Shown here: positions 34,249 to 48,143 of the stretch, in pieces
How positions within the stretch are numbered: position 1 is the first letter of the stretch
Layout: every line of letters begins with the position of its first letter
Assembly: GCA_030141605.1 (NCBI GenBank)
Contig: JAQGDQ010000667.1
Coordinates: forward strand, 52,072-116,071
Source of the DNA: Tubiluchus corallicola
Lineage: Eukaryota; Animalia; Priapulida
Direction of reading: 5' to 3'
Length of the DNA: 64,000 bases
The notes under the pieces: generated by a model
Databases searched by the model: none
The model's input: only the letters and a program-made list of their open reading frames with translations
What the model was told of the DNA's origin: nothing
Made by a program: the position numbers and the translations under genes

Positions 34249-37200
34249 GGAAGCAAAAATATGCGGGCTCGTAATGCATTGAAGCTAAAAAGAAAATAAA
34301 GGTAGAAAAATTCTCTTTTAGTTTTAGTCGAAATGCACAAGAAAACAAATTTATAAATGTTCGAAAGATGTGCATGAGAGAATCGTGGTAGGATTTGGGT
34401 TAGCCACGCCAAAGGAAGTTAACGTGTTACTATCATATTATAGCAATCACTGGTATTCTATGTTAATGTAAAGGCAACTTTAATTACCATGCCACGACAT
34501 TGACAATTGCTCATGAACACATTTCTGAAATGCAAACTCCATAATACACTAACGAATCAGCAAAGTTCGCCTTAAATTCATATTCCGCTATTACTGTTTA
34601 ACCTCAATTAACAATGTAAAATATTTCTACAAAAACTCAAAAGAAATTTAAAAGATCCAATAACCTCCGTCTAGTTACTTGTTTGTTTGTAAACTAACTG
34701 CTGTCAAGCACTGTCTTCTATTTCATCCAGCAAAAAGTTTATTAGTAGTGTTGTACACAAAAGGTCGTTTGGCACGACTGATTTATTGCTTATTCTAAAA
34801 ACCCGCTACTGTAATACAAAGACAACAGTAACTTATACAAACGTGCACAATATAAAGATATGGGAAAAATCATAAATAAGATAAAGCCTAACAGACTATG
34901 ATGAGCAAGACAAAATCATCGGCTCAAATCAAAAGGTAAGCTTGAAAGATGTTAGCCTATCTCCTGCAGATACCAACGTGTCACCAAAGCACATTATGTT
35001 TATCGGAAAAACTGAAATTTTTCCAACAGATAATTCAGATTCATATATTATTGGAATACTCTCCAATAGATGACTGTGCAACATGTAGTGCTGATCTGTA
35101 TCTCAGAGTGCTGTCAGCAGTTTCCCTGAGCTATATAGAATGACTTTGTATGTTGAATATTTCTTTTAATGTTTTTCTTCATTATAAAATTCTAGACATT
35201 TTTTTAGAAACGTGAACATATGTTTGTCGCTGTTAGTAAAATTATATTTCATTTCACTTTTCATGGAGACTATAAAACTGTATTAATAATAATTATAATG
35301 GTTTTACTGATTTATAGTAATTGTTACAAAGCACTTCATTTAATGGGTTCGTACAGAACACTCCAAACTTTACAACACAATCCTTGATACATTAATGGTC
35401 AGTTGCAGATGTGTTACACTGCGACCTGTCTAGAAGACCTTACTGGTAAAAAGCCACAAGTGCACATGTCAACTATTTTCGATTTGGAAACATGTCAGTT
35501 TTCAACATATCAATTTTTTAAACATTTCAACATATCAATTTTTAAAAAACTTAAAACAATGCACCACATACAACGTAATAAAACATTACAAGTTTGTAGT
35601 AATAAAACACATTTTAGTGCAGCCATCCATGCCTTGCAACTGTTAAGAAAAATCAGCAATATTTTGGTGCAACTGTCATCATCTTCTTGTACAACGTACT
35701 ACAGCTTGGCATGCAACTTGTATGATATAAATTATATTACATCAAAAATAAGAGTTGACAAGCCAAACCCCGGAAAAATTTCGTGTATAAACCCGTAATG
35801 AAAAACAATACCACAACATACCACTCCACACAACCCATACGCCGACACAACATCTCTTGTACAATGCCATGTCAAGCCATACTGTATCCACCATACTATC
35901 ATACCTATATCATTCCACAACCACAGCAAACCACTCGGCTTCAGAACTCTACACCACAAGAATCAATCATACCAATCACACCATACTACTCACTACATCA
36001 CATCATTCCATCCTACCATGCCATCCCAAACACATCCTTGCAACAACAGACACTACAGTCATCACACTTAGCACACCATGCCACTCTAGACCAAACCCAC
36101 CAACCTACCAATGTGGTGATAATGATGACAATGATGATGATGCCTACAACACCAAGTCCAACACCACCACCAACAACAAGAACAAGAGCACAGAGAAACC
36201 ATTTTGTGCAGAGCTACGACTGTGTGCTATAACAAAAGGACGCTCTTGCTATGCATGCACCCAAATAATGTTAAATTTTATCAAAAATGCAATGCTCAGT
36301 ATGATTAAAATAATTTTTCAGGAATTGATTATAACTTTTCATGCTTTTCTCACTATATATACGTTCGCTTTATTACAATTATTTTGTTCATTGTTTCACA
36401 GTTATCATTAAGTTTCATTATATTTTTTATGAGCCATGTTGTCTATTTAAGCACATACTCATATTTCATTACATATTCTGTTTACTCCAATTTGCTGTAC
36501 TAGTTCTTGTGCTCCATAGTTCTTGGCATCATGCTTAACATAATTTGATTACACACTATTGCATATTTTTGTTTGATTATATTTAGTTTGATTTTATCAT
36601 GCATATCTTGTTTCTTTCATAGATTTACAGTATAATTTATGTTTTAGTTTGACTACTTTCTAGTTTGTTTTATATTTTAATTGGTTAGTTAAATACTTTA
36701 TATTGTTGATCATAATTTCACATTTTTCATTGTATTGCAATGCTTCTTTGTTGCATAGCCTATTTAGTTATTTCGCTTTCAAGTTTAATTTCTTCCCCTA
36801 TAATTTTATGTTGACAGTTGATTTTCTTAACTTACTTTATAATTATATTACAGCTTTCAGTTAGCAGTGCTACAAATTTTTTTACAGCTTACACTAACTT
36901 GAGAAGGGTAGCTGACTTGATGACCAATTGGTCTTTTGCTACCCTTTCTCCTGCACCCCCTTACTTTTTCCTTTATGCATGATTTATCCTTTTTTATGAG
37001 CTACAAATAGCAATAAAAGTCTATTTGTTTTCTGGTGTAAATGAGCAGATAAATAAAACATATATGTCTATGTCTACAACGGCAACTTCAATGAGCAGTT
37101 AAACCAGAGATATTAAACCTAATAGATATGACGTTAATTCTTGTTCCTAAATCAAGAGCCGTGTCTAGATGAACAATTGAACGTCTTTCAGTTTTGTGAG

Positions 37201-38090
37201 TTTTGAGTGGCAAATTTGATTCGAAGAATATAATGATTTCGTACTTCTTAATCTTGCCTTATCAGCATTGCCAATTAGCCTTGTATTATTGAGTTTTTTT
37301 GGCAATTCTAAAACTGTAATAACGCTTACACGGCAAATTTTTTGTAATTCGGTGTCATTGAGCCACTGCTAATATGCGAGCTTTAAAAACCAAAAATTAT
37401 TTTCACGAGACGCTTTACAAGAGAAGACGTTTCATCTTGCAGCTTCCTGTAATCTAAAAGAAACTTACAAACTGAGTTATCATCAAAGATTGGTGTAGAA
37501 TCGATGAAACTTTAAAACCGTTTAATTATATTTTTTATTGTCATTAGATTTGTTGCTGTGCACAACTTTGTCAACTGTAGCTTGCCGCATTGTCAGCCTG
37601 GCCTTCTGTTGTCTGTAGCAACACCACAACGTGACTCGTTATCATCGGGGATAACCAGCAGAGGTCACTTCGCCATGGTCAGGATGGATGACCTCTTGTG
37701 TATTCGATATGGATGCAACACAATACTAATTCAGCGGACCGCATCTTGAATGTACTTATAATAATTATATTGTTATAGTTCGTAAAGTAAATATCTATTC
37801 AAGTAAACTTGACATGGCGATTCCTATTCGAATTTGTCATCTCATTTTCAATATCTTGATCAATTCCGTACCAAAAAGGGAATTTGTGCAACTGAACTAG
37901 TAGTAAGCTTAACTATAGTGATTTCCCATGAATAATTTTGTCATTTCAGTGTCTATTATAGTCTGACAATTGCAAACATGCTTCTTTGTTTTTTTATTAG
38001 ATAATTTTGTAACTAGATCTTAATGATTTGCTAGTAGTTTTATGAAGTCATGTATTTTGAACAGGCGCGATATCATAGAGTGGTAAAAAG

Positions 38091-38212
38091 ATGACCCATG
38101 AAATGATGAGACACATCAAACATTTTTCATCGTCCATTTTAGCGGTCATTATTGCAGTGTTTGCTTCGTTTTGCTGCTTATTTGGCTCCAGGAAAACTGA
38201 CCGGCATAAAGG
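38091..38212 (+). CDS. PGGHG: PGGHG/ATHL1-like GH65 glucosidase, putative coding exon 1; join(38091..38212,39179..39373,42125..42333,48027..48143,50299..50386,53090..53253,54696..54782,57328..57479,58201..58384,59758..59955,63116..63349,...)
   Basis: ATG 38091, hydrophobic segment, strong phase-2 donor GG|GTGAGT compatible with the next exon. Not homology-supported, so less certain. Confidence 0.55.
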
Positions 38213-38285
38213 GTGAGTTATTCTGGCCTATTATGTAAATATTAGTATTTATTCTTTCCACGAAACCGGTCAAAAATTATCATTA

Positions 38286-38899
38286 CCGTATTTTCCCATG
38301 TATAAGAGACCCTTTTTTGCTCAGAATTTTCACTTTAAAAATAGGGGGTCTCTTATACATGGGAGTAAGTCTTTTCAATAAGATGCATAAATTGTGACAC
38401 TAATGATTTTAAAGAAATAAGTGCTCTACAACTGTTTTATTTCAAATAATTATAGTTTCCTTTCAATAAATCTTCTCCATGGCTAAATTCTAATGATAAA
38501 ATTAATGTACCGGGTAAGTTATTATTTTTTTTAAATGTCTCTTTGGTATTGGAGAGAAATCGGTTGTTCTGCAGCCAATCAACGCATCTGCATAAGCTCT
38601 CTGCATGCCCGTCGACAGAGGTCAACGAGATGAGTCAGCCTAAGCAAGGCGTGTCGCGTTCGACTATGAAGCGGTTGTAAGCAATACAAGCATCGTGACA
38701 TGGTCCTCTGATGATGAACTGGCTAGAATTGCTGAAGGTCTGACTCCAGTTGATATTTTTGATGAGAGTGATGAGGAGTTTAATGATTTCTATGATGAAT
38801 AAAGTTATTCATTACCAAAAAACTTTTTTCCAGAATTTTTGCCTAAAAATTGAAGGGGTCTCTTATACACAAGGGTCTCTTATACATGGGAAAATACGG
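38286..38899. mobile_element. pogo/Tc2-type MITE
   Basis: Perfect TIR CCGTATTTTCCCATGTATAAGAGACCC, TA flanks. Confidence 0.9.
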
Positions 38900-38978
38900 T
38901 AATTTTAATTTATTTTATTTACTAGATTTGCTAACTATTAAAAAGTATACATTTGTTTATTGAATTGTGGAAATAAAG

Positions 38979-38981
<3 letters not shown>

Positions 38982-39029
<48 letters not shown>
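38982..39029. repeat. (TA)n microsatellite
   Basis: Direct observation. Confidence 0.95.
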
Positions 39030-39033
<4 letters not shown>

Positions 39034-39178
39034 GATTATATATTGTGAAAATAAAGATTTTATATATATACAATATACAATCTTTAATATATATATATTA
39101 TTTTAGCAGCATATACATTGTTTTGTTATTTTGCTTTGGTTCAGTTTATTGCATTGGCTTCTTATTGCATTGTTTCAG

Positions 39179-39373
39179 TCTTGCAAAAAGCGGCTTATTG
39201 TGCACGAGGTTGAACTTGAAGTTGTTCTTGTTGTTTTTCGTCGTGGTATTGCTTTCCTACTTGTATGGAGGTTTCCTGTGGAGGGGAATCGCCGTTTCTG
39301 TGACTGTTTTCCACAACGAAGGTATTCCCGATAGCCGTCTTCCTGTCGAGGATACCGTCTTCAAATCAAAGCA
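39179..39373 (+). CDS. PGGHG: PGGHG-like exon 2 (TM-like segment plus start of conserved region)
   Basis: Phase 2-2 exon; ends DTVFKSK-H, which joins LPDD and resembles the PGGHG N-terminal D-x-x-F-x4-LP-x-D pattern. Confidence 0.7.
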
Positions 39374-39521
39374 GTATGTATTGATCGGTGTTCTACGTGG
39401 TATTAACAAGTTTTAGGTTGTCAAACTGCATGATTGTGGTTTAATTCATTATGGGTCATTGGATTAATTAATTATAATAATTCCTTCAGGACCGCGTCAC
39501 TCAAAATAGGTCTTATAAGAC

Positions 39522-39841
<320 letters not shown>

Positions 39842-40939
39842 TATAAGACCTATGACTTCCCTGCTACTGTATTAGCACAGACATAACTAAATGATTACAA
39901 ATTAGATACTGTTCAATTCAGGAGAATCTCTGCTATCCAGTCTTGTTATTTGTTTACGTTCTTTTAAGTGATTTAATTGGATAAAATTAAGATAAACATG
40001 CCCCTTTCAGCCACTCCAATTTAGCCTGATTGTACACAATAATTTATTGATCGCCTGCTTGCTACAGCCCAAGCTGTGCAGAGTTCTATTGCTAGTCCAG
40101 GAAAAACAATTGATCGACCAAGGACAAATGAAGGTCGTTCATCTTTTATCAGGAATTTTTCCTTAAAAATGAAACAGATTTAAGATCAAAGTGCATGAGA
40201 GTGTTGTGCCTGGATAGTTGAAATGATCTGCATTAGCTGATTTCAATTTTTTGTCAAAAATTAATTTTGGACAGTGTCAATCCACTTCATATATATATAT
40301 ATATATAATTTTGCACGATAGCCCATTGTGTGAGGAGTAGAAACCTACAAAAATGGTCAGATATAACGTAATCAATGCTTTGCGAAAGCAGTTTTTCATG
40401 AATCCATGCAAAATGCTGCAAATTCTTACGGTCCCGATTAGGAATTAAATAAAAATACTTACACTCAATGAAATTTACGGGTAATATTTAAACATATAGC
40501 GGTACAACTCGATAAAAATCAGGTTACAGTAAATAAAATTTGGGAGGCACCAAGAGAAACTGCTTCACGCGTGTTTTTATATTTGAGAAAATTGTCATAA
40601 TCAACAAAACGAGTTTTTTTGCGGAATCATTCAAAATTTGCTGATGTCACAAGCTGTAAACTATTCAGAAAATTTGCCAGTGAATTCCGTATGCGAACAA
40701 TCCAGTATGAGGAAAATTGGTGAAATGGTTTTTTTATTTGTTACTTGTACAAAAACTGGTGGTTACTTTGTATTAAAACCAAGCGGAATTTATAATGAGT
40801 CAGATTTTGCAGCAAATGCATTATAATTGGACAAGTATTTCTGCATAAACAAAACATTAACGAAAGTCTTTCCTCTTAATTTTGATGTTAGTATGCAGTT
40901 CAAAAACTTTCCAGAAAACAACTTACTTTACAAACCCAT

Positions 40940-41668
40940 GGGCATAGCTCAGTAGTAGTATATTTGCTGGCATAGCTTTGTAGTAATATGTTTGCTGGCA
41001 TAGCTCAGTAGTTGTATGTTTGCTGACATAGCTTAGTAGTAGTATGTTTGCTGGCATAGCTTAGTAGTAGTATATTTGCTGGCATAGCTCAGTAGTAGTA
41101 TGTTTGCTGGCATAGCTCAGTAGTAGTATGTTTGCTGGCATAGCTGAGTAGTAGTATGCTTGCTAGCATAGCTCAGTAGTAGCATGTTTGCTGGCATAGC
41201 TCAGTAGTAGCATGTTTGCTGGCATAGCTTAGTAGTAGTATGTTTGCTGACATAGCTCAGTAGTAGTATGTTTGCTGGCATAGCTCAGTAGTAGTATGTT
41301 TGCTGGCATAGCTCAGTAGTAGTATGTTTGCTGGCATAGCTCAGTAGTAGTATGTTTGCTGGCATAGCTCAGTAGTAGTATGTTTGCTGGCATAGCTCAG
41401 TAGTAGTATGTTTGCTGGCATAGCTGAGTAGTAGTATGCTTGCTAGCATAGCTCAGTAGTAGCATGTTTGCTGGCATAGCTCAGTAGTAGCATGTTTGCT
41501 GGCATAGCTTAGTAGTAGTATGTTTGCTGACATAGCTTTGTAGTAGTATGTTTGCTGGCATAGCTCAGTAGTAGTATGTTTGCTGGCATAGCTCAGTAGT
41601 AGTATGTTTGCTGGCATAGCTCAGTAGTAGTATGTTTGCTGGCATAGCACAGTAGTACTATATTTACT
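40940..41668 (+). repeat. 28-bp minisatellite (~26 copies) derived from the tRNA-like head of a SINE
   Basis: Unit GGCATAGCTCAGTAGTAGTATGTTTGCT; continues into a SINE-like body at 41669-41730. Confidence 0.9.
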
Positions 41669-42124
41669 GACCAACCATTAGGCTTGCAGGTTGAACTCCC
41701 AACCGTGTCATAACAAAGACTTTAAAAATGTGCATCAGATGATGAACGATGTCATTAGAGAAAAAAATGTGCATTCGAAATGGGTGTAGTGATCGTTGAA
41801 TTTAAAGTGATTTTACTAAATACACGAGACAATTATCATCCTCTAATTACTGAATCCTTCAAACATTGAAAGAAGCCTTACTTCTTAGGAGATTAGACCT
41901 CTTGTTTAAACATTGTTCCTGAAATGAATAGCTTTTTGATTCACTACGTCCTTTCATTAGTTTCTTCCGAATTTATTGGATGAACTAGTTCGTTATTAAT
42001 TTTAAATTAATATTTAAGTGATATTTAGATTGTATTTTTATACTCGTGATTGACTTTCAGTAGTTTTGCAGCTCGTTAAAAACATTTCAGTTCTTCTTAA
42101 TTAGATTTTACTGTTAATTCTCAG

Positions 42125-42333
42125 TTTGCCAGATGATGTGGAACGGCACATGGCGACGGTCGGTAACGGATTTCTTTCCACCATCGTTTACTATGACAGG
42201 ATATTTGTGAACGGAGTTTATAATGGTGCTAAGGGTAAGAGTCACCGCGCCCGAATTCCGGCTACCTGTTCGCTCCGCCTGTCTGTTGACGGTCGTGTGT
42301 TAACATCTAGTTATGAACTAGATGTGGGTAGAG
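42125..42333 (+). CDS. PGGHG: PGGHG-like exon 3
   Basis: LPDD..MATVGNGFLSTIVYYDRIFVNGVYNGAKGKSHRARIP matches the recalled PGGHG N-terminal motif. Confidence 0.9.
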
Positions 42334-42359
42334 GTAAATGTTTTAATTAATCTAGTAAT

Positions 42360-44317
42360 TAGGCATTTAACGATACATCGATGCGTTTTGATATCTTTTG
42401 TGAGGATATGTGTATCGTCAAAGTGAACTAGTATCTCAGTAATCCGAATCATTGATATTTAGCACAAGCTTGACTGCCTACCGATAAAAACTGAAATAAT
42501 TCAAGCTACAGCTGTAGAATGTACTGTAGTTTAACTTCACAGAGTTAAAGTAACACTTTTTGGTCACAATCAGTGCAGTGAGCACAGCAGTAGCAGAGGA
42601 GCAGACTTGACCTTGACACAGGCACCTCCACAGAGTTTAACTTTTGTGGTCATAAACAGTGCAGTGAGCACAGCATTAGCAGAGGAGCAGACTTGACCTT
42701 GACACAGGCACCTCCACTGAGTTTAACTCTGTGGTCATAAACAGTGCAGTGAGCACAGCATTAGCAGAGGAGCAGACTTGACCTTGACACAGGCACCTCC
42801 ACAGAGTTTAACTCTGTGGTCATAAACAGTGCAGTGAGCACAGCAGTAGCAGAGGAGCAGACTTGACCTTGACACAGGCACCTCCACAGAGTTTAACTTT
42901 TGTGGTCATAAACAGTGCAGTGAGCACAGCATTAGCAGAGGAGCAGACTTGACCTTGACACAGGCACCTCCACTGAGTTTAACTCTGTGGTCATAAACAG
43001 TGCAGTGAGCACAGCATTAGCAGAGGGGCAAACTTGACCTTGACACAGGCACCTCCACAGAGTTTAACTCTGTGATCATAAACAGTGCAGTGAGCACAGC
43101 ATTAGCAGAGGAGCAGACTTGACCTTGACACAGGCACCTCCACAGAGTTTAACTCTTGTGGTCATAAACAGTGCAGTGAGTACAGCATTAGCAGAGGAGC
43201 AGACTTGACCTTGACACAGGCACCTCCACAGAGTTTAACTCTTGTGGTCATAAACAGTGCAGTGAGCACAGCATTAGCAGAGGAGCACACTTGACCTTGA
43301 CACAGGCACCTCCACAGAGTTTAACTTTGTGGTCACAATCAGTGCAGTGAGCACAGCATTAGCAGAGGAGCAGACTTGACCTTGACACAGGCACCTCCAC
43401 AGAGTTTAACTCTTGTGGTCATAAACAGTGCAGTGAGCACAGCATTAGCAGAGGGGCAGACTTGACCTTGACACAGGCACCTCTACAGAGTTTAACTCTG
43501 TGGTCATAAACAGTGCAGTGAGCACAGCATTAGCAGAGGAGCAGACTTGACCTTGACACAGGCACCTCCACAGAGTTTAACTCTGTGATCATAAACAGTG
43601 CAGTGAGCACAGCATTAGCAGAGGAGCAGACTTGACCTTGACACAGGCACCTCCACAGAGTTTAACTCTTGTGGTCATAAACAGTGCAGTGAGCACAGCA
43701 TTAGCAGAGGAGCAGACTTGACCTTGACACAGGCACCTCCACAGAGTTTAACTCTTGTGGTCATAAACAGTGCAGTGAGTACAGCCTTAGCAGAGGAGCA
43801 GACTTGACCTTGACACAGGCACCTCCACAGAGTTTAACTCTGTGGTCATAAACATTGTAGTGAGCACAGCATTAGCAGAGGGGTAGACTTGACCTTGACA
43901 CAGGCACTTGCTGTTAGCAGCCAGCCAAAGCCAAGCGGTTGAAAACACAATGTGTTTGTAATAATACATGTTGTAGCAAATTATGTTTTTGTTTGTAAGT
44001 TTCTGAAATGGCTTGGAGCAAATGTGAACTATAAAATGCATCAGCACATTTTAAATCATCAAAGGCATTGAACTGTTTTGCATTTCTGGTGGCTTATAAT
44101 GCAAACAATACAAGTGTATAAACAGAAATTAAAGTGAATGTATTTAGCGCTTGAAAATTTTAAGATGGTTTGATAAATCTAATATATATTTAGATACATT
44201 ATAATATAGTTTTTTTTATTAAAGCCTGAAAACGTTAATTCAAGGTGTATCGTGATGTTAGTATCGTGATTTAGGCGTATCATTACAGCAAATCGGTACA
44301 CATCATTGCGCACTTTA
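42360..44317 (+). mobile_element. hAT-like MITE family C copy carrying an internal satellite expansion
   Basis: Both ends match the reverse complement of 46939-47969; further end fragment at ~45222-45345. Confidence 0.7.
42535..43908. repeat. 85-86-bp minisatellite, ~16 copies
   Basis: Unit CAGTGCAGTGAGCACAGCATTAGCAGAGGAGCAGACTTGACCTTGACACAGGCACCTCCACAGAGTTTAACTCTGTGGTCATAAA. Confidence 0.97.
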
Positions 44318-46263
44318 CTTATTAAAAGCCCGCTAGATGGCAGGAAGAATGCAGTGAAGTCACGTGATTTCGCGTCTAGCAACAATCTAAGCAACGCCGT
44401 GTTCTTGCAACAGCAGTTTTTGTGTTTTTTCGTTATCCATCATGCAGTTTTATACCTCGAAATTAAGAGAAATTACACTTATGTGCTGAAAATAAGTAGT
44501 AAGAAAGGTAGGCGGTAACGCCCAGTAAACAAATTTTATGATTATGTGATTTTTATAGTGCGTGAATATTTAAAGTATTCTTGGCCAAGGTAGTGTATGT
44601 TATTGTTAATATAGCGTGAGTCAGTGACATTTTACCAACTGGCACAAACATTTTAAATATTTATTTCTAGTTACACAAGTCTTTCCAGCACGCCGTCGGT
44701 ACAATATTGCTGGAAATTTAAAATGAAAACAAGCAAAAAATTCTTTCAACGCGAGTATGATATATGCATAAAATTGCTATAGTATAATATAAAGTAATAA
44801 AATATTTTAAGGCGATCTTTATTGGAACCTACTTCAGGTGCCCCTTTTCTTGTCTTTTAACGAAAGAGAAACTGCTGAGTAGGTGAAGAAAATTAATAAG
44901 TAGAAATATGAATAAAATTCATGAAAATGTTTAATTTACACGATTTAACCTGTATTGATTTTTGATTGTGAAACTTATCTCAATTCTTTTGCATTACTTT
45001 TTGTGGTGACCTTGGCTTTGCTGTACAGCGCTTTATTTAGTGCCACATTTAGCGGTGCATTAGAGTCGTTAATCGAAGACTTATTATAAATAAAGGCATT
45101 TGGTAGCTTGCCTATGATAGGCAAATCTGAATAAGTTGCCATTAACCGTAAATGTTTCAAAGTCAAGGGCTTCAGCAATTTGAAAACTATAGGGATGCGA
45201 GTTATAGAGTCAAGTATCTTTTAGGGATGTAACGATGTAAGTCATGATACAGTATATAGGGATACTAACATCAGTTAGATGACAATGCAGTGTGCATCGT
45301 GACACAATTGAGTTAATGTTTGCGGGCTTTAAAACTAGATGAAACTGTATCAATGCTAAACATGTTTATCAGTTGTGGATTAGGATAAATAAATACTGAA
45401 ATAACTCGATATGCTATTTGATTTTTATTTATTACTTGTGTTCAGGTACCTCACCATTTTCAAATGCAATAAAAAAGTATAAATTTTCACAATTAAAACA
45501 GCAATAGCGTTTGTGATAATTAAATTATAGATTAAAATGTTAGTTAATGCCAGGCGAGCTCAGCCATTGATGACTTCACATGAACGTGTTCCTCGTGTTT
45601 GCAAAAGCGAAAATTGAAGTACATTGCTACTGTGAGATATTCAGTGTGTTGTACTAAAACTAGGCAAGTTTTAAGATAAAAATTCAAATTTCAAATTTAC
45701 TGCTGTGCTTGCGCATGAGCTGTCGAACATGTGCAGTTCTTCACAAACTAATACATCTAAACTGAGAGGTACAGCACCTGTTTTTTGTACTTTGTAAAAA
45801 CTATACATGACATAAAGTGGACAGTGACTTCTAAGACACTCTGACATCGTATAATCCCCAAAGTGGGTGATGCAGATACAGGATAGAATTGCACCGGAAG
45901 AATTGGGGGGGGGGTAATTATGGTGATTTAATGGATAAATAATAGCTGGTATGGTAAGTTGAGCAAAAGTGAAAGTTTAGAATGAGTTTGAAAAGTTGTT
46001 GTAAAGTTGCACGGGTTGAGTAATCCAGATTAAATGTAATAATAATAACTCTAATGAGAACGGATAATTGTCATTTCAAATTTAACTAGTTTCGTAACGA
46101 AGTCCGGCCACGAAGTTGCATTTTTCCTCGAAACATTTATTCAGCTTTGCACATGAGTGCAGGTTAAACAAATGTACTAGTAATGGCTTCCTTTGGTACT
46201 GCAGGTTAAACAAATGTACTGGTAATGGCTTCCTTTGGTACTGCATTGTTTGTTAGATACTGT

Positions 46264-46690
46264 CGGGGCCTATTTCAGGCTAAGCGAGGCTCCGGGAAGT
46301 GGGGGGTGTGAGGCCTTGGTTGGTGTCCAGAAAATTTTTGAACTGCTAGAATGCCGGAGAAGCATTTTCGAAGAGAAAATATGGAGTTATACAGTTGTTA
46401 AAGGAAAGAACAATTGAAAGAAAAACTGCTTTATTCTCAAGACCAGTCCTTTATACTTGTCAAATAGTCAAATCAAAAAAACATCTTTGTAATATGTAAT
46501 ACCGTACTCTCACTTCCGTATAAGCCATCTTCTGACTTTGTTTCGCAAAGTTACACGGCAAGAGAGAGAGAGGGAGAGACGAGGCAGTATGTTCGCATAA
46601 AGCAAAAAAAAAATGACCTAGGCGCGAGGCCCCCCTGGAGTGTGAGGCCCCGGGGAAGTATCCCCACTTCCGCCCTTGAAATTGGGCCTG
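46264..46690 (+). mobile_element. hAT-type MITE related to family B
   Basis: Ends CGGGGCCTATTTCA / TGAAATTGGGCCTG; exact TSD GATACTGT; 46560-46650 shared with family B. Confidence 0.8.
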
Positions 46691-46938
46691 GATACTGTAT
46701 TTGTAAACAATGCCACACGGTGAAATGTGACTAGTCATAGCCAACCGACGAACGACTAAGGAGCTCCTTACGCCATCTAGCGAGTAAAATATGCAAAATG
46801 TGTTCCAGATTTTCTTCAGAAATTCCGCCTTTGCACCAGACTTCCTCTTACATAAACCATCGAGAAAGAGTTAAAATTGTCAGAAACTCGTAACTAGAGC
46901 GTTTTCTTTCTGTTTTTGTAGAAAATTTCATAATGTAC

Positions 46939-47969
46939 TAGCGTTGCAATGATACACCTATGTCACGATACGATAAATATTCGTGATACTAAATTCACAA
47001 TGTGATACGTATCAGGATACACGTTGAGTTAACGTTTGCAATCTTTAAAAAGAACTAGGTTGAGCTGTTGATGTATTATCTGTATATATTAGATTCATTA
47101 AACAATTTTAAAATTGTAAAGTGCAGAGTGCTAAAATAATTCAGCATTCTGTTTGTACTTTCGTATTAATTGCATTGTGTGAGCCACCAGAAATGCAAAA
47201 CATTTCAATGCTCTTTGGTTTAAAATGTGCTGGTGTGTTTTCTAGTTCACATTTGCTGCAAGCCATTTCAGAAACTTAGTGTTGTGTACATTATTATAAA
47301 CACATTGCTTTCAACGCCTTTGCTTTGGCTGGCTGTTAACCCTTTCAGTCCCAAATTATTTTTTTAATAAGGAAATTTTTTTGGCTTGGTACTTTTGTTC
47401 AGTATGTCCATCTTGTTTACACATAATAATTATTTTTTTCTACCTGTGCCCGCGTGCTAAATATAGCCTGTATCCCACGGGATACATTGGGATTCAATGG
47501 AAGCATAAAATGTGCTTCATTTTGCTACTGCTGATAATTTTTTAAAGTATTTAAGACATTTAGTATGCATGCTATGCTGATCTGTACAAAGTCGTCTCTA
47601 AAGTACTGTACCTTGCGCAGTTTTTTATGCTATGTAGATTTTCTACTTTGCCATTTTATCACCATTTTTAGTCTATTGTTATTGGCTTAAATGAAAATAA
47701 TTATTAACAGATCAAATAACTGTCAGTTTTAAAATTTTGTTAATTTTAAAGGCAGAAAATATTCTCGTATCCCACGGGATACAACGGGTATGAAAGGGTT
47801 AACAGCAGGACTGCCTGTGTCAAGATCAGGATGCCTATATTTGCTGCGCTCACTGCACTAATTGCTAAATATCAATGATTCACATTATCGCGATACTAGT
47901 GCATTTTGATGATACACGCGTCTTTACAAAAGGTATCACGATGCATCGATGTATCGTTATATAAACCTA
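46939..47969 (-). mobile_element. hAT-like MITE family C copy with nested piggyBac MITE
   Basis: TAG...CTA ends; 8-bp TSD TAATGTAC/TAAAGTAC (7 of 8 match). Confidence 0.75.
47340..47798. mobile_element. piggyBac-type MITE, copy 3
   Basis: TTAA TSD, CCCTTTCA...TGAAAGGG termini. Confidence 0.92.
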
Positions 47970-48026
47970 TAAAGTACGCTGTATTTTAATGTTTAACTTT
48001 GCTCTTTGAATACTTTCTGTTTCTAG

Positions 48027-48143
48027 GAGTATTCACCGAATATTTGACTCATCGTGATGTGCGTATCAAATATGAAATCTACGCTCATCGTGAGAACACG
48101 AAACTTCTAATCTGCACAATTAAAGCTGACCTGCGTAAAGCAG
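48027..48143 (+). CDS. PGGHG: PGGHG-like exon 4
   Basis: GVFTEYL...EIYAHRENTKLL; phase 1-1; donor G|GTAAGC. Confidence 0.88.

Noticed and set aside
35732-36411. His/Thr/Pro-rich ORFs
   Set aside because: Low-complexity CA-rich sequence open in several frames; no domain or splice support.
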